A DNA stretch of 64,000 nucleotides from Gekko japonicus (taxonomy: Eukaryota): contig NW_015161404.1 of assembly GCF_001447785.1 (NCBI RefSeq), forward strand, positions 1,294,931 through 1,358,930, read 5' to 3'. Shown here piece after piece: positions 62,890 through 64,000 of the stretch. A program made the translations under genes and the position numbers. Below the pieces are notes generated by a model. It was not told the DNA's origin. It made no database searches and worked only from the letters and a program-made list of their open reading frames with translations. Each line of letters begins with the position of its first letter. The stretch's first letter is position 1.

Positions 62890-63960
62890 ATTGATTGATT
62901 TATTTATTTATTTGATTTCTATCCCGCCCTCCCAAAGGCTCAGGGCAGCTCACATATGGCAAAGCGAGGTACAAATATAATAACATATATAATAAAATAC
63001 AATATTTTAAACCACTATAAAACCCTCCGAAAACACGGTGCTGCAATCTATAATAATATTAATCTTCCAAGATGGGGACAATCACTCAGATTTGGTGGCA
63101 GCCTTTCCAGTAACGCGGTCTCCCACTATGGTGTCTGTAATTTCTGCCAGGGCATACCTGCCCCCCTTTTGTAGGGCAGCCAATGGCATTCTACCTTGGT
63201 GGTAGGATAGTGGCGGCGGGGGCTCCTACCCGCACCCCCGGCGGGANNNNNNNNNNNNNNNNNNNNNNNNNNNNNNNNNNNNNNNNNNNNNNNNNNNNNN
63301 NNNNNNNNNNNNNNNNNNNNNNNNNNNNNNNNNNNNNNNNNNNNNNNNNNNNNNNNNNNNNNNNNNNNNNNNNNNNNNNNNNNNNNNNNNNNNNNNNNNN
63401 NNNNNNNNNNNNNNNNNNNNNNNNNNNNNNNNNNNNNNNNNNNNNNNNNNNNNNNNNNNNNNNNNNNNNNNNNNNNNNNNNNNNNNNNNNNNNNNNNNNN
63501 NNNNNNNNNNNNNNNNNNNNNNNNNNNNNNNNNNNNNNNNNNNNNNNNNNNNNNNNNNNNNNNNNNNNNNNNNNNNNNNNNNNNNNNNNNNNNNNNNNNN
63601 NNNNNNNNNNNNNNNNNNNNNNNNNNNNNNNNNNNNNNNNNNNNNNNNNNNNNNNNNNNNNNNNNNNNNNNNNNNNNNNNNNNNNNNNNNNNNNNNNNNN
63701 NNNNNNNNNTGGTACCCCGTCGAAGACCGGGAGCGGGAGCCCCAACCCCAATCCGGTCCAACTCAGGCCTAGGACCTCCGTCTTTTCCGGGTTTAATTTC
63801 AACCGACTCAGCCTGAGCCAACCAGCCACAGCCTGCAGCGCCCGATGAAGGTCATCGGTGCCAGAGTCCGACCGGCCGCCCAGCATCAGATAGAGCTGGG
63901 TGTCATCAGCATATTGATGACACCCAATCCCACATCTCCAGGCAATCTGGGTGAGGGGGC
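62890..63960 (-). mobile_element. Young L2-clade LINE spanning a gap
   Basis: Minus-strand CHQYADDTQLYL...LQAVAGWLRLSRLKLNPEKTEVL (RT YADD motif) at 63740-63925; L2 tail with (TTTA)n at 62890-62955. Confidence 0.88.
63247..63709. other. Assembly gap (N run)
   Basis: Ns. Confidence 1.
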
Positions 63961-64000
63961 GCTGTGACGACCTCTTATTTGGGGAGGTCTGGTTTTACTT

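Noticed and set aside
63963-64000. Possible LTR start (TGTGACG...) interrupting the L2
   Set aside because: Only 38 bp available at the window edge
1-64000. CRISPR array, operon or other prokaryote-style novel system
   Set aside because: The sequence is vertebrate non-coding DNA; recurring short repeats are TIRs, TSDs or microsatellites, with no repeat-spacer periodicity and no intact genes

Overview
Eukaryotic, repeat-rich vertebrate genomic DNA. It is almost certainly squamate and most likely gecko, judging by Sauria SINEs, Squam3-like SINEs, a 5S-derived SINE, BovB, CR1 and L2. I could not recognise any host protein-coding exon or intact RNA gene, so the window appears intronic or intergenic. 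It has three assembly gaps. The only long coding remnants are transposon-derived: a decayed, 3'-truncated Gypsy (Mag-like) LTR retrotransposon at about 42464-46314 (minus strand; 5' LTR, tRNA-Ser-type PBS, gag CCHC, PR, RT/RNase H, IN) and short L2, CR1 and BovB ORF2 ends. The rest is dense with non-autonomous DNA transposons: about 17 hAT-type MITEs, most with visible 8-bp TSDs, and several PIF/Harbinger-like MITEs, some nested three deep. A few unique stretches look like candidate regulatory elements. I found no convincing new multi-gene system. The most interesting observations are: (i) a Harbinger-like MITE containing an exact 56-bp copy of its own upstream flank; (ii) a young hAT MITE family carrying tandem octamer-like plus CACCC (POU+KLF-like) modules; (iii) a MITE with a near-perfect ~137-nt hairpin bearing CRE sites; (iv) nested insertions that give a relative order of TE activity. 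Family names come from recognition only; no database searches were run.
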